NCBI GenBank assembly: GCA_002788675.1
Contig: PFRS01000008.1
Coordinates: 70,848-134,847 of the forward strand
Length of the DNA: 64,000 nt
Direction of reading: 5' to 3'
Source: Candidatus Pacebacteria bacterium CG_4_9_14_0_2_um_filter_40_15
Lineage (GTDB): Bacteria; Patescibacteriota; Microgenomatia; UBA1400; PJMF01
Shown here piece by piece: positions 9,487 through 19,654 of this stretch (positions are counted from its first letter, which is position 1; the number at the start of each line of letters is the position of its first letter). Under the pieces are notes generated by a model, which made no database searches, was not told where the DNA came from, and saw nothing but the letters and a program-made list of their open reading frames with translations. Made by a program: the position numbers and the translations under genes.

Positions 9487-10710
9487 ATGAAAAAAGTCAT
9501 GATTAAAGTGAGTTCTCTTTGGAAGGCATTCCTTTCCCTCTCAGTATTCAAAAAAGCACTATTGGTAGTAGTTATTATTGCGATAGGATTATTTATTAAT
9601 TCTAGACTGAATACAACTGAAGACATTGCCTACAAAACAAGTATGGTTTCAACAGGAAATGTGGCAGATATTATTTCTGAAACAGGTGAAATTTCATCTA
9701 CATCTCAAGTCTCAGTTACTTCAACAATCACTGGTTTTGTTACAGAAGTGTATGTTGACAATGGTGACCAAGTAAAGAGAGGTCAAAAATTATTTTACGT
9801 ACAGAGTAGTGCTACTTCGGCAGAACGAGCGGCAGCATACTCAAATTATCTTAAAGCAAAAGACTCTCTCGAAGCAGCAAAGAGTACTGCCTACAGTTTA
9901 GAATCAAGCATGTGGAAGGCTCATGAAACCTTTGAAGCAGATTCACTCGACACTGATTTGTCGGTTGATGATCCAATCTATATTCAAACAGATCGTGACT
10001 GGCAAGCTGCAGAACAAAAATATATTGATCAAAAAGCAGTTATTTCACAAGCTGAAGCGAGTGTATCAAGTGCTTGGTTGGCTTATCAAGCAACCATTGA
10101 TGGAGCAGTAACTGCGCCAATTGATGGCACCGTTGCTAACTTTGCAGTTGCAAAGGGTCAGCAAGTGGCGAGTTCACAAGCAGCTTTGTTGATAAAAAGT
10201 GATTCAGAAACTTGGGTCACGCTAGCAATTAGTGAAACCGATATTCCTGACATTAAACCAGGGCTTGCCGCAACTGTGTCGATTGATGCATTGGATGGCA
10301 GAGAAATTGAAGGCACTGTGCAGCGTGTAGATGAAGTGGGAACAGTTAGTTCTGGAGTCGTTACCTATACGGCTTATATTTCATTACACGATTCCCAAAA
10401 CACGGAGGTGAATGAACTCTCCGGCGTATTGCCAGCAATGACGGTCCAGGTTGATATTCAAACAAAGAGTGCCGAAAATGTTGTCGTAGTTCCTAATGGT
10501 GCAATTAAACCATACAAAGGCGGTAAAGCAGTGCAAGTTGTTGATGCCAGTTCTGGTGAGTTACTCTATGTGCCTGTCGAAGTAGGTATTGTTGGTTTAA
10601 CTGAATCGGAAATTCTTTCAGGAGTTTCGGAAGGTCAAGAAATTGTGACTTCTAGTACTTCATCTAGCTCGTCCGACAAACAAGGTGGTTTATTAAATCC
10701 AGGTAGATAG
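9487..10710 (+). CDS. Efflux membrane-fusion (MacA/HlyD-like adaptor) subunit
   Basis: N-terminal TM, lipoyl halves (ITGFVTEVYVDNGDQVKRGQ; APIDGTV), ISETDI, VVVPNGAI, VEVGI. Confidence 0.9.
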   Translation: MKKVMIKVSSLWKAFLSLSVFKKALLVVVIIAIGLFINSRLNTTEDIAYKTSMVSTGNVADIISETGEISSTSQVSVTSTITGFVTEVYVDNGDQVKRGQKLFYVQSSATSAERAAAYSNYLKAKDSLEAAKSTAYSLESSMWKAHETFEADSLDTDLSVDDPIYIQTDRDWQAAEQKYIDQKAVISQAEASVSSAWLAYQATIDGAVTAPIDGTVANFAVAKGQQVASSQAALLIKSDSETWVTLAISETDIPDIKPGLAATVSIDALDGREIEGTVQRVDEVGTVSSGVVTYTAYISLHDSQNTEVNELSGVLPAMTVQVDIQTKSAENVVVVPNGAIKPYKGGKAVQVVDASSGELLYVPVEVGIVGLTESEILSGVSEGQEIVTSSTSSSSSDKQGGLLNPGR

Positions 10711-10712
10711 CT

Positions 10713-11444
10713 ATGTCTTCAAATAACAAAAAGAACGATAAAACGGCTACTATCTCATTTCGGGATGTGACCAAAACGTATATTACTGGTCCAGTTACCT
10801 ACCAGGCTCTTAAAGGCATCAGCTTCGATATTTTTCCTGGAGACTTTGTCGCAATCATGGGTCCTTCTGGAAGTGGTAAGTCGACTATAATGAACATTAT
10901 TGGAGCGCTTGATACGCCTACTAGTGGTCAGTACTTGCTGAAAGGTCGTGACATCAGTTCATACGAAGAGGATGATTTATCTGAAATTAGAAACGAAGAG
11001 ATTGGATTTATTTTTCAGTCATTTAACCTGTTACCTCGCACTTCAGTGCTTAAGAATGTTGAGCGTCCTATGATGTACGCAGGAGTTCCAGCCGCTGAGC
11101 GAACCAAGCGAGCGCTGCAGAGTTTAGCAGTTGTTGGACTAGAAGATAAAGCACACAATCTTTCAAATCATATTTCAGGCGGTCAGATTCAACGTGTGGC
11201 AATTGCTCGAGCATTGGTTATGAATCCCGCATTACTACTGGCAGATGAACCTACTGGTAACTTAGATAGTGTGACGGCCTATGAAATTATGGATTTTTTA
11301 ACTGATTTAAATAAAAAGGGCAGCACTATTGTTTTGATTACGCATGAAGATGACATTGCAGAATATGCCGATCGTATTATTCACATTAAAGATGGAGAAA
11401 TTCTTCGCGAAGTACATGGCAAAAAAAATAAGAGTAGAAAGTAG
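10713..11444 (+). CDS. MacB/LolD-like ABC ATP-binding protein
   Basis: GPSGSGKST, IGFIFQSFNL, ISGGQIQRVAIARAL, LADEPTGNLD. Confidence 0.95.
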   Translation: MSSNNKKNDKTATISFRDVTKTYITGPVTYQALKGISFDIFPGDFVAIMGPSGSGKSTIMNIIGALDTPTSGQYLLKGRDISSYEEDDLSEIRNEEIGFIFQSFNLLPRTSVLKNVERPMMYAGVPAAERTKRALQSLAVVGLEDKAHNLSNHISGGQIQRVAIARALVMNPALLLADEPTGNLDSVTAYEIMDFLTDLNKKGSTIVLITHEDDIAEYADRIIHIKDGEILREVHGKKNKSRK

Positions 11445-11447
11445 CAT

Positions 11448-12638
11448 ATGGATTTTACAGAACTTTTTATATTAGCGATTGATGCACTCAAAGCAAATTT
11501 GGTTCGTACGTTACTGACCATGCTGGGAATAATAATTGGAATCGCATCAGTGATAGCTATTATTTCTTTAGGGTCAGGTTCGACTGCTTCGATTGTGAAT
11601 GAAATTTCATCATTTGGGGCTACAATTGTGACCGTGTCACCAGGAAGAAATGTACGTGGGCCCGGCCAGAGTTCTGGTTCAGTCACAACATTAGTTGCGG
11701 ACGATGTTGATGCACTCACAAAAATTCCTACTGTTATTCGCGCTGGTGGAATAGTTTCCAAAAATATCTCAGTAACAGCTAATGGTGAAATTACCAGTGC
11801 TTCAGTTAAAGGGGTGACAGATGCCTACGACGATATGCATATCTTATCGTTGACGTATGGTTCATTTTTAGAGGAAAGTGATATCTTAGGAGCAACGCGT
11901 GACGTTGTAATGGGTGATGGAGTTGTAGAAGAGTTGTTTGGTGAAGGCGCTGAAGAATTCGTAATTGGTGAAGCAGTTCGCATTGATGCCCGCATTTTTC
12001 ATATTATTGGTGTGATTGATGATAGCAGTGATGTTTTAATTCCGCTGAGTACTGCTCAAAAAGTATTGTATGGTCAATCTAACTTAGACAGCATTGAAGT
12101 TGAAATAGTTGATGCGGACTCGGTTGAAGCTGCCACCACAACAATCGAAGAAACTATGCTGTTACAACACGATATTCTCAACGCAGATGATGCCGACTTT
12201 TCAGTACGAAGTTCACAAGCCATGACCGATAGCATTAGTAGTGTGACTGGTACGCTCACAGCAGTTATTTCTAGTATTGCAGCAATTTCTTTGTTGGTTG
12301 GAGGCATTGGAATTATGAATATCATGTTGGTTACCGTTACAGAGCGAACCCGCGAAATTGGTTTGCTCAAAGCCATTGGGGCAAAGCGAAAAGATATTTT
12401 AACGCAATTTTTAATTGAGTCAGTGGTCTTGACATTATTTGGTGGGTTTATTGGTATGGTCTTAGGTATGCTGTTTGCATATGTGGGATCTTCACTTTTA
12501 AGTATTCCGTATATTGTGAGTATCCAATCGATTGTGTTGGCACTAAGTGTTTCAACTGCAATTGGAGTCTTGTTCGGTTGGTATCCTGCCAATCAGGCTG
12601 CAAAGCTTAATCCTATTGATGCGTTGCGGTATGAGTAA
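11448..12638 (+). CDS. MacB/FtsX-like ABC permease
   Basis: RTLLTMLGIIIGI, VGGIGIMNIMLVTVTERTREIG, LNPIDALRYE. Confidence 0.95.
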   Translation: MDFTELFILAIDALKANLVRTLLTMLGIIIGIASVIAIISLGSGSTASIVNEISSFGATIVTVSPGRNVRGPGQSSGSVTTLVADDVDALTKIPTVIRAGGIVSKNISVTANGEITSASVKGVTDAYDDMHILSLTYGSFLEESDILGATRDVVMGDGVVEELFGEGAEEFVIGEAVRIDARIFHIIGVIDDSSDVLIPLSTAQKVLYGQSNLDSIEVEIVDADSVEAATTTIEETMLLQHDILNADDADFSVRSSQAMTDSISSVTGTLTAVISSIAAISLLVGGIGIMNIMLVTVTERTREIGLLKAIGAKRKDILTQFLIESVVLTLFGGFIGMVLGMLFAYVGSSLLSIPYIVSIQSIVLALSVSTAIGVLFGWYPANQAAKLNPIDALRYE

Positions 12639-12699
12639 GGCGTATTTAAACACATTTTAGCAGAATCACATTCAATTTTTCTGATGGTATACTCACTCT

Positions 12700-14007
12700 A
12701 TGTCTGAAAAGCAAAAACCAAAGCAAGATGAGGAAGTTCAGCAGTCTAGACTAGAAACATGGCACGCTAAAGTAGAAAGAGCTAGTGAAGTGTTGGATAA
12801 GCTGTTTTCAGTGTCTAGCATCCCGGAATCAGAACTTTCAGAGCCACAACGTCTTGTTCGTGAGGCTGTTCTAGGTGCAACTCAAGACGTTGAAACTTTT
12901 TTATTACGGGAATCGTTTCATATTTCTGAAAAAACAAAAAATTATTTCAATTTTTCAAATTTTGCTGATGCTATCCATGATAACCCCTCCCAGTTATATG
13001 AGAATGAAAATGTTAAGGTAGATCAAGAGGATGTTTTTGCGGCATTTTCAGTTTCTCCTCGTCTCGAAGCCGTTTTAAAAGAATTAGAATATTTTACAGT
13101 TGAAGATGTATTAGTTATTATTCGTGAGCAAATTATAAGTCAAATTTTTGCAGAAAGAGTGACTGAGATAGCCTTGGAAATGATTAAGTCAATGGTCCCA
13201 GATTTTGCTCCTCAAACTCAAACGGTAGTACTAGTTTGCCCAGTATCTGAAGGATTTGCCGAAGACGCTGCATATGATGGATTAATAGATGGAGTGGGAA
13301 ATGTTATTGAACTTGATGTCACGCTAGATCCCTACAGGAATATCCTCAATGAAGAAGCATCTTTAGAGTTTGTTACTGCTATTTCTTCTGCTGTGCATGA
13401 ACTTTTTCATGCACGGCATGGTGAATTAATAAATGAAGGAATAAGTGAAGAGGAACCAGCTCTGACAAGTAATGGCCCCTATATTGATGTAGCCGTTCAG
13501 ACACGTGAGTCCTTTGAATTTTGGTGTGAAGAAAACTTTGGTGTTGATTATACGGAAGATGCCATTTACTATGTTGAAGATTCGGTGTCTGAAGGTATAG
13601 CCCTTTTTTTTGAGATCTATATACTTGCTCAATGGAAGAAGCAGGTGTATCAGGAAACACCAGATCTTGTCATGTTAATTCAGAATTATTTGAATGATAG
13701 GTTTGAAGGTTTGCGTCAGAAAAGTGATTCTGAAGATAACAACATAGAAGACTTTTACTATATAGGTTTGCAAATGATGCGTCAGTTAATGGCTCAATTT
13801 TCTTTTTCAGAGGTAATTGCAATTATAAAAGACATTGACATCTCGGCATGCATGACAATTCCAAATGACTCTCCTCAGGCAATTCAGATGCAAAAAGATG
13901 CTCGGTTATTACCTGGCTTGGAGAAAAATGTTGCTGTGCAAAAGTCATTAGGACTTGAGCAGAGGAATAGTTTGATGTCTCTGAAACAGAGACTAGATCT
14001 TCCCTAG
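12700..14007 (+). CDS. Hypothetical acidic protein with a zincin HExxH motif (possible metallopeptidase)
   Basis: AVHELFH and a downstream SEGIA (gluzincin-like third ligand). Confidence 0.55.
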   Translation: MSEKQKPKQDEEVQQSRLETWHAKVERASEVLDKLFSVSSIPESELSEPQRLVREAVLGATQDVETFLLRESFHISEKTKNYFNFSNFADAIHDNPSQLYENENVKVDQEDVFAAFSVSPRLEAVLKELEYFTVEDVLVIIREQIISQIFAERVTEIALEMIKSMVPDFAPQTQTVVLVCPVSEGFAEDAAYDGLIDGVGNVIELDVTLDPYRNILNEEASLEFVTAISSAVHELFHARHGELINEGISEEEPALTSNGPYIDVAVQTRESFEFWCEENFGVDYTEDAIYYVEDSVSEGIALFFEIYILAQWKKQVYQETPDLVMLIQNYLNDRFEGLRQKSDSEDNNIEDFYYIGLQMMRQLMAQFSFSEVIAIIKDIDISACMTIPNDSPQAIQMQKDARLLPGLEKNVAVQKSLGLEQRNSLMSLKQRLDLP

Positions 14008-14040
14008 TCATCAAACTGTTTTCCGTTATAATACGGGAGT

Positions 14041-14805
14041 ATGACGCAACAACTTGAACTTACCAACCTCCATGTTTCAATCGAAGAAAAGGAAATTCTC
14101 AAAGGTATTTCCCTAAGTGTAAAGCCAGGAGAAATCCATGCTATCATGGGCCCAAATGGGTCGGGTAAGTCGACAACGGCCGCAACTTTAGCAGGGCATC
14201 CGACCTACTCTGTAACCAGTGGCGATATGCTTCTTGATGGTGAGTCATTACTTGAAAAATCACCTGATGAACGTGCCCAAATGGGACTCTTTTTAGCCTT
14301 TCAGTATCCGGTTGAAGTACCTGGTGTTAAGGTGCAAAATTTCCTTCGCCATGCCCATCAAGCTCGATTTGCTGATGAGCCAAAGAAATTGTTTGCAAAA
14401 GTTATTGACTTTAGAAAACATTTAAAAGCTCTTGCAGCTGAATTGCAAATTAATCCCGAACTGCTTACCCGTGGCCTCAATGAAGGTTTTAGTGGCGGAG
14501 AAAAGAAACAGCTTGAAATTCTTCAAATGGCAGTATTAGAACCAAAGTATGCCATTTTAGATGAAACAGACTCTGGCTTAGACATCGATGCAATTAAAAA
14601 AGTTTCGGCTGGTGTTGTTAAAGTTGCCAAAAAACATGGCACAGGAGTGCTTGTTATTACGCACTACAAACGTATTTTAGAGTTTCTTAAACCAGGCTTT
14701 GTGCATGTGATGGTTAAAGGCAAAATTGTTAAAAATGGCGGTCCAGAATTAGTTGATACATTAGAGGCCGAAGGATATAAAGACTGGGTCGGTGAAGAGA
14801 ATTAA
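14041..14805 (+). CDS. sufC: Fe-S cluster assembly ATPase SufC
   Basis: GPNGSGKST, GLFLAFQYPVEVPGV, LNEGFSGGEKK, LDETDSGLDIDA. Confidence 0.97.
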   Translation: MTQQLELTNLHVSIEEKEILKGISLSVKPGEIHAIMGPNGSGKSTTAATLAGHPTYSVTSGDMLLDGESLLEKSPDERAQMGLFLAFQYPVEVPGVKVQNFLRHAHQARFADEPKKLFAKVIDFRKHLKALAAELQINPELLTRGLNEGFSGGEKKQLEILQMAVLEPKYAILDETDSGLDIDAIKKVSAGVVKVAKKHGTGVLVITHYKRILEFLKPGFVHVMVKGKIVKNGGPELVDTLEAEGYKDWVGEEN

Positions 14806-14824
14806 TTTTTCTCGAAAGGAATGT

Positions 14825-15316
14825 ATGGCAGTAAGAAATCCACATCAACTTACCGATTCGGTAAAATTGTTGCAAAAAGTTGTCATTGTTCATAAAGGAA
14901 AAGTCTTGTTACTGCAACGTGATAGTAACTCTGCCACTCGCCCAGAGAAGTGGGATCTTCCTGGAGGTAACTCAGAATGGCCTTCAGAAGAAAAACTTGG
15001 AAGCCGTGGGCTGCATCAAGAAGATGTGGCTCGAGAGATAATGGAAGAAACAGGTATCACTGTAGTTCCAGGGCACTTTGCACTTGATAAGCTGGTGTAT
15101 TTTGACACAACTTTTTTTAACGACGTTTTTACTGTTTTATCTGGGTGGATGGTGGAACTTCCGCATGATTTTGAGATTGATTCGGTTGAATTATCACACG
15201 AACATACGGCATACGAATGGGTTTCATTTGATGAAGCTCGAGAGTATGATTTTGGATTTGCCAAAGAATTTATTGTACCTATGATTCGAACTACCCAGGA
15301 TACCTTTTCTGCATAG
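14825..15316 (+). CDS. NUDIX hydrolase inside the suf operon
   Basis: WDLPGG...REIMEETG (Nudix box with insertion), LSHEHTAYEW. Confidence 0.85.
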   Translation: MAVRNPHQLTDSVKLLQKVVIVHKGKVLLLQRDSNSATRPEKWDLPGGNSEWPSEEKLGSRGLHQEDVAREIMEETGITVVPGHFALDKLVYFDTTFFNDVFTVLSGWMVELPHDFEIDSVELSHEHTAYEWVSFDEAREYDFGFAKEFIVPMIRTTQDTFSA

Positions 15317-15331
15317 AAAGATTACTCACTA

Positions 15332-17890
15332 ATGGCTCGTTTTGCGCAAAAAACCACCACCGATTATGAGGCTGCCGATAGCTATGAGCACGGCTATGCC
15401 TTTCCAACATCAACATATAGTCATATCACCAAGCCAGGTATTTCTGAAGGTGTCGTTCGTGAAATTTCAGATATGAAGGGTGAGCCTGAATGGATGCTTA
15501 ACTATCGTCTAAAGGCTTTCAAACAGTTCGAAGCAAAAATGAATCCTCTATGGGGAGCTGATCTGAGCGAAATTCACTTCGATAAAATTCATTACTATCT
15601 TAAAGCTTCCAGTGGTGAAGGTAAAAGTTGGGATGATGTTCCTAAAGATGTGAAAGAAACCTTTGATCGTTTGGGTATTCCTGAAGCAGAGCGAGGTATT
15701 CTTGCTGGGGTTAAAGCGCAGTACGATAGTGAAGTTGTGTACGGTTCACTCAAAGATGTATGGGCAAAAGATGGCGTAGTTTTTTTGTCGATGGATGAAG
15801 GACTCAAACAGTATCCCGATTTAATTAAAGAATATTTTGGTAAAGCAATTCCTAGTGGAGATAATAAATACTCAGCACTCAATACTTCAGTGTGGAGTGG
15901 TGGATCATTTGTGTATATTCCCAAAGGTGTAGACGTAAAAATGCCGCTGCAAACGTATTTTAGAATAAATGCAGAAAATGCTGGTCAGTTTGAGCGCACT
16001 CTGATTATCGTTGATGAAGGCGCGAGTGTGCACTATATCGAAGGATGCTTTACTGAGGGGACTCAAATTTCAACAAGTGATGGTTTAGTTGCAATAGAAG
16101 ACATTACTAAGGAATCAAAAGTTCTGACACATAAGGGAATCTATAAATCTGTGTATCATACTCAGGTTAGACCGTATTCAGGGCAACTCTATACCGTTGT
16201 TGTTACTGGACAGCCAAGTGAAACAATTGAAGCAACAGAGGAACATCCGTTCTTAGTTGTGAAAAGAAAGTACCGAAAAGATCGAAACAAAGAATGGAAG
16301 AGTGAATGGCTACCTGTAAAAGAGCTAAAAAAAGGTGATTATGTTTGTACTCCGATTGATCAAACAGAGAATATACAAGATACCCTTATCTATGAAGTCC
16401 CGGTGGGAAATGGCAGGCATGGTTGGCAGTTAGAAAAGCTAGAAATTCCTTGCACTACAGATTTATTTAAGTTGATAGGTTACTATCTTGCTGAAGGTAG
16501 TATAAGTGCTGGCTCATACCTAAACTTTTCCTTTAACAGCTCAGAACGAGAATATATCGAAGAGGTTAAAAAATTATTTTTTACCGTTTTTGGAGAGACA
16601 AGAGTTCGCGAGTCACACCATGAAAAAAACAATGGAATAAACGTCGTAGTCAGTTCAGTGAGGTTATGTCGATTTTTCGAACAATTTGGAACACACTCAA
16701 GCAGTAAAATCATGCCAGAATGGGTGCTTCAAGAATCTAGTGAGAAGCAGGCAGCACTTGTGTCAACTTGGTATAAGGGAGATGGAAATTACTACCGTAA
16801 GCAGACAAAGCATGGGTTTAAAGAAATGTTCAGGGTTTCTACGACTTCGAGAACATTAGCGTTTCAGGGGAGAATGGTACTAGCTCGATTAGGTATTGCT
16901 AGTTCGTTAAATAGCCAAGATAGAAGATCAACACAGAGACAGACTATGTATAACCTAGTGATTGGCGGAGAATACATGATTCCATTTGGAACCATTGTTG
17001 ATCAGCCGATCCAACCACAAGTATGGAACAAGAAGCGAGCAACACCTTATTTTGTTGATAAAAACTATTTATATGCCCCAGTTAGGAGCATCACTTCGAA
17101 AACTGTGGAAAATATTTCTGTGTATAACTTCAGTGTTACAGATGACGAAAGTTATGTTGCGGATGGGGTTGCCGTTCACAACTGCACCGCCCCAAACTTT
17201 AGTAGTGGTTCCTTGCACTCAGCAGTGGTTGAAATCTTCGTTAAAAAAGGAGCACGCTGCCAATACACCACGGTCCAAAATTGGTATAAAAATGTTTACA
17301 ATTTAGTTACCAAGCGTGCCTATGTGGAAGAAGAAGGTCAGATGATTTGGACAGACTTTAACATGGGATCAAAAGTGACTATGAAGTATCCCGGCTTTAT
17401 TTTGGCAGGAAAAGGAGCTCGTGGTGAGACCTTGTCTATGGCTTTAGCAGGTGCAGGACAGCACCAGGATACGGGTTCTAAGGCGATTCACTTAGCTCCA
17501 TACACAAGTTCTACAATTATTTCTAAGTCGATTAGTAAAGATGGCGGTCGCACTAGTTACCGCGGGCTGGTGAGTGTGGGTCCAAATGCACATCACTCAA
17601 AAAATACCGTTATTTGTGACGCGCTGTTGCTTGATGGTCAGTCGCGCTCCGATACCTACCCTGTAGATAAAATCTTTAACTCGCATGTTGAAGTGCAGCA
17701 CGAAGCAACTGTTTCAAAAATTGGAGATGATCAATTATTTTACTTAATGAGTCGTGGTGTGACGGAAGAAAATGCTCGCAAAATGATTGTAAATGGCTTT
17801 ATTGAAGACTTAGTGCGCAAACTTCCACTGGAATATGCTGTAGAAATGAATCGTTTGATTGATCACGAGATGGAAGGGAGTATTGGCTAA
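15332..17890 (+). CDS. sufB: Fe-S cluster assembly protein SufB, interrupted by an intein
   Basis: AQYDSEVVY, WSGGSFVYIP, GQFERTLI, YIEG/CTAP junction, YTTVQNW, HEATVSKI, LPLEYAVEMNRLI. Confidence 0.97.
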   Translation: MARFAQKTTTDYEAADSYEHGYAFPTSTYSHITKPGISEGVVREISDMKGEPEWMLNYRLKAFKQFEAKMNPLWGADLSEIHFDKIHYYLKASSGEGKSWDDVPKDVKETFDRLGIPEAERGILAGVKAQYDSEVVYGSLKDVWAKDGVVFLSMDEGLKQYPDLIKEYFGKAIPSGDNKYSALNTSVWSGGSFVYIPKGVDVKMPLQTYFRINAENAGQFERTLIIVDEGASVHYIEGCFTEGTQISTSDGLVAIEDITKESKVLTHKGIYKSVYHTQVRPYSGQLYTVVVTGQPSETIEATEEHPFLVVKRKYRKDRNKEWKSEWLPVKELKKGDYVCTPIDQTENIQDTLIYEVPVGNGRHGWQLEKLEIPCTTDLFKLIGYYLAEGSISAGSYLNFSFNSSEREYIEEVKKLFFTVFGETRVRESHHEKNNGINVVVSSVRLCRFFEQFGTHSSSKIMPEWVLQESSEKQAALVSTWYKGDGNYYRKQTKHGFKEMFRVSTTSRTLAFQGRMVLARLGIASSLNSQDRRSTQRQTMYNLVIGGEYMIPFGTIVDQPIQPQVWNKKRATPYFVDKNYLYAPVRSITSKTVENISVYNFSVTDDESYVADGVAVHNCTAPNFSSGSLHSAVVEIFVKKGARCQYTTVQNWYKNVYNLVTKRAYVEEEGQMIWTDFNMGSKVTMKYPGFILAGKGARGETLSMALAGAGQHQDTGSKAIHLAPYTSSTIISKSISKDGGRTSYRGLVSVGPNAHHSKNTVICDALLLDGQSRSDTYPVDKIFNSHVEVQHEATVSKIGDDQLFYLMSRGVTEENARKMIVNGFIEDLVRKLPLEYAVEMNRLIDHEMEGSIG
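16046..17182 (+). mobile_element. Intein (379 aa) with LAGLIDADG homing endonuclease in sufB
   Basis: Starts CFTEGT; block B ATEEHPF; LAGLIDADG-like LIGYYLAEG and WYKGDG; block F VYNFSV; ends VAVHN followed by Cys+1. Confidence 0.95.
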
Positions 17891-18384
17891 TGCAATCAGT
17901 ACAAACCTTTACCATTGGTCGTGATATGCACGAAACTATTACTTTAGAAAAACCAGGTAAGTACCTAGTAGAATTAGTTGGTCCCGGGGCAGAAGCCACT
18001 ATAACTGGTGTGTGGGATGCAAAGGGCAACGATGATGTTTCTGTTGAAGTAGTTATTCATCACAAAGCTCCGAATACTTTGGCAAATACAACTATGCATG
18101 GTGTTGGTCGAGACAAAGCTACTGTTCGTTTTGTTGGCCGAATTATTATTGATCCTGAGTGTGGAAACAGTAACTCATTTTTAACCGAAAGAGTGCTCCT
18201 TCTTTCTGACCAAGCAAAAGCCGAAACAGTTCCAGACCTCGAAATTCTCACAGACGATGTGAAGTGTTCACATGCTGCCAGCATCAGTCGTATTCCTGAA
18301 GAACAGTTGTTCTATCTGCAGAGCCGTGGCATTATGCGCACTACTGCAGAAGATATGATTGTTGAGGGATTTTTGGCGATTTAA
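17890..18384 (+). CDS. sufD: SufD-family protein, short form (C-terminal beta-helix only)
   Basis: LLLSDQAKAETVPDLEILTDDVKCSHAASI, LFYLQSRGI; 164 aa, translationally coupled to sufB. Confidence 0.88.
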   Translation: MQSVQTFTIGRDMHETITLEKPGKYLVELVGPGAEATITGVWDAKGNDDVSVEVVIHHKAPNTLANTTMHGVGRDKATVRFVGRIIIDPECGNSNSFLTERVLLLSDQAKAETVPDLEILTDDVKCSHAASISRIPEEQLFYLQSRGIMRTTAEDMIVEGFLAI

Positions 18385-18395
18385 AGGTGTGTTAA

Positions 18396-18842
18396 TTAGA
18401 AGAGCCACAGTTTAACATACGCTAACGTAGCAATTCCCGATAGCATCATCACAACTTGCCAAAAAGTCTGGTATCCAAAGTAAATAGCTTCACCTTCAAA
18501 AAACTGATGTCCCCATAAGTCCTTAGGTTTATTTCTGTGTTTGCTCGTAAACTGCTCGGCTATCCAGTACTGTACTTCTCCCTGCGCTCTAACAAACCAA
18601 AATAGAGAGATAAGTGCATAGAAGAGATGCACATCTTGAAGAATGCCTGAAAGGAGGGCAACAAGTATCCAGTACGGACCAATCGTGAGTGCATCACCCC
18701 AGACAAAGATGCCGAGTGGAAACAAACCACGGGTTACTTTAAACGAGTTTTTGAGTTGGGCAGATTGGTAGTAGCCCTTTAAAGTTATTAGAAAACCAGT
18801 GCTGCCAACTAAACACATGAGCGGGACAAAGATGGTAATCAT
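18396..18842 (-). CDS. Hypothetical membrane protein
   Basis: 148-aa ORF with several hydrophobic segments. Confidence 0.65.
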   Translation of the reverse strand: MITIFVPLMCLVGSTGFLITLKGYYQSAQLKNSFKVTRGLFPLGIFVWGDALTIGPYWILVALLSGILQDVHLFYALISLFWFVRAQGEVQYWIAEQFTSKHRNKPKDLWGHQFFEGEAIYFGYQTFWQVVMMLSGIATLAYVKLWLF

Positions 18843-18851
18843 AGTGTACTT

Positions 18852-19544
18852 TTATACGTTTTCGATTGGATCAATGGCACCTGCTTCGTCGAAGTGTCCG
18901 ATGATTATTTCTGTAAATTGTGATTGACCGTATTTTCCTGGGTAAGGCGATTCCATACTTACGTATAACTCATTTCCTTTTCCATAAAAAGGTACTGGGC
19001 TGTTCTTTTTAAGCAGTCCGATTTTTACGATTTTTGGCACTTGTAGTGTATCTGCTTGAAAGAAATGAGTGTCGCTTCCAAATTGTTTTGAAGGATTGTG
19101 TAAGATCATTACCTCAACAGTATTAGAATCTGTAATGCGTGCCCCGAGTATTTCCATGTCTGCTGTAGTACTAAATGTTCCAGCTAGAAAACTTTTTAGT
19201 GATTGGGCATGATTATTGATTTGTTCTGTTTTAACTGCTGCGAGAATAGTTTCATCAATGAGAAAATCTGGATACTGTACAAAGCTTGGTGAATCAATGA
19301 ATTCTGAAATTTCTGTTTGAAGTCTATCTGCCTCTGACGTGTTGTAGTCTAAGACTTGGTTTAAAGTGATAACGCGAATCGCTGTCAGAGCATCTGCATC
19401 TGGGTGGGTTTGAATGAGTTCCCAATTTTCTTCTGTATATTCACCCGCAACAGCTGCTAACATTTCGGGGGTAAGTGAATTGACGAGCGCCAGTTTTTGA
19501 GGATCGTGTAACTTTGAAGTAAGTTTTTCTTTGAGATATGACAT
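18852..19544 (-). CDS. Hypothetical protein
   Basis: ORF from ATG at 19544 (MSYLKEK) preceded by AAGGA; the upstream extension overlaps sufS and is not credible. Confidence 0.65.
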   Translation of the reverse strand: MSYLKEKLTSKLHDPQKLALVNSLTPEMLAAVAGEYTEENWELIQTHPDADALTAIRVITLNQVLDYNTSEADRLQTEISEFIDSPSFVQYPDFLIDETILAAVKTEQINNHAQSLKSFLAGTFSTTADMEILGARITDSNTVEVMILHNPSKQFGSDTHFFQADTLQVPKIVKIGLLKKNSPVPFYGKGNELYVSMESPYPGKYGQSQFTEIIIGHFDEAGAIDPIENV

Positions 19545-19654
19545 GCATCCTTTCGAGCTGGGCAGAGGTCGAACTATAACAAATATGTAGCCAAAGTATA
19601 TACTATTTTGTCTTTTAGACAAGAAGAGTCTAGAGAAAATGATACAATAAGCAC

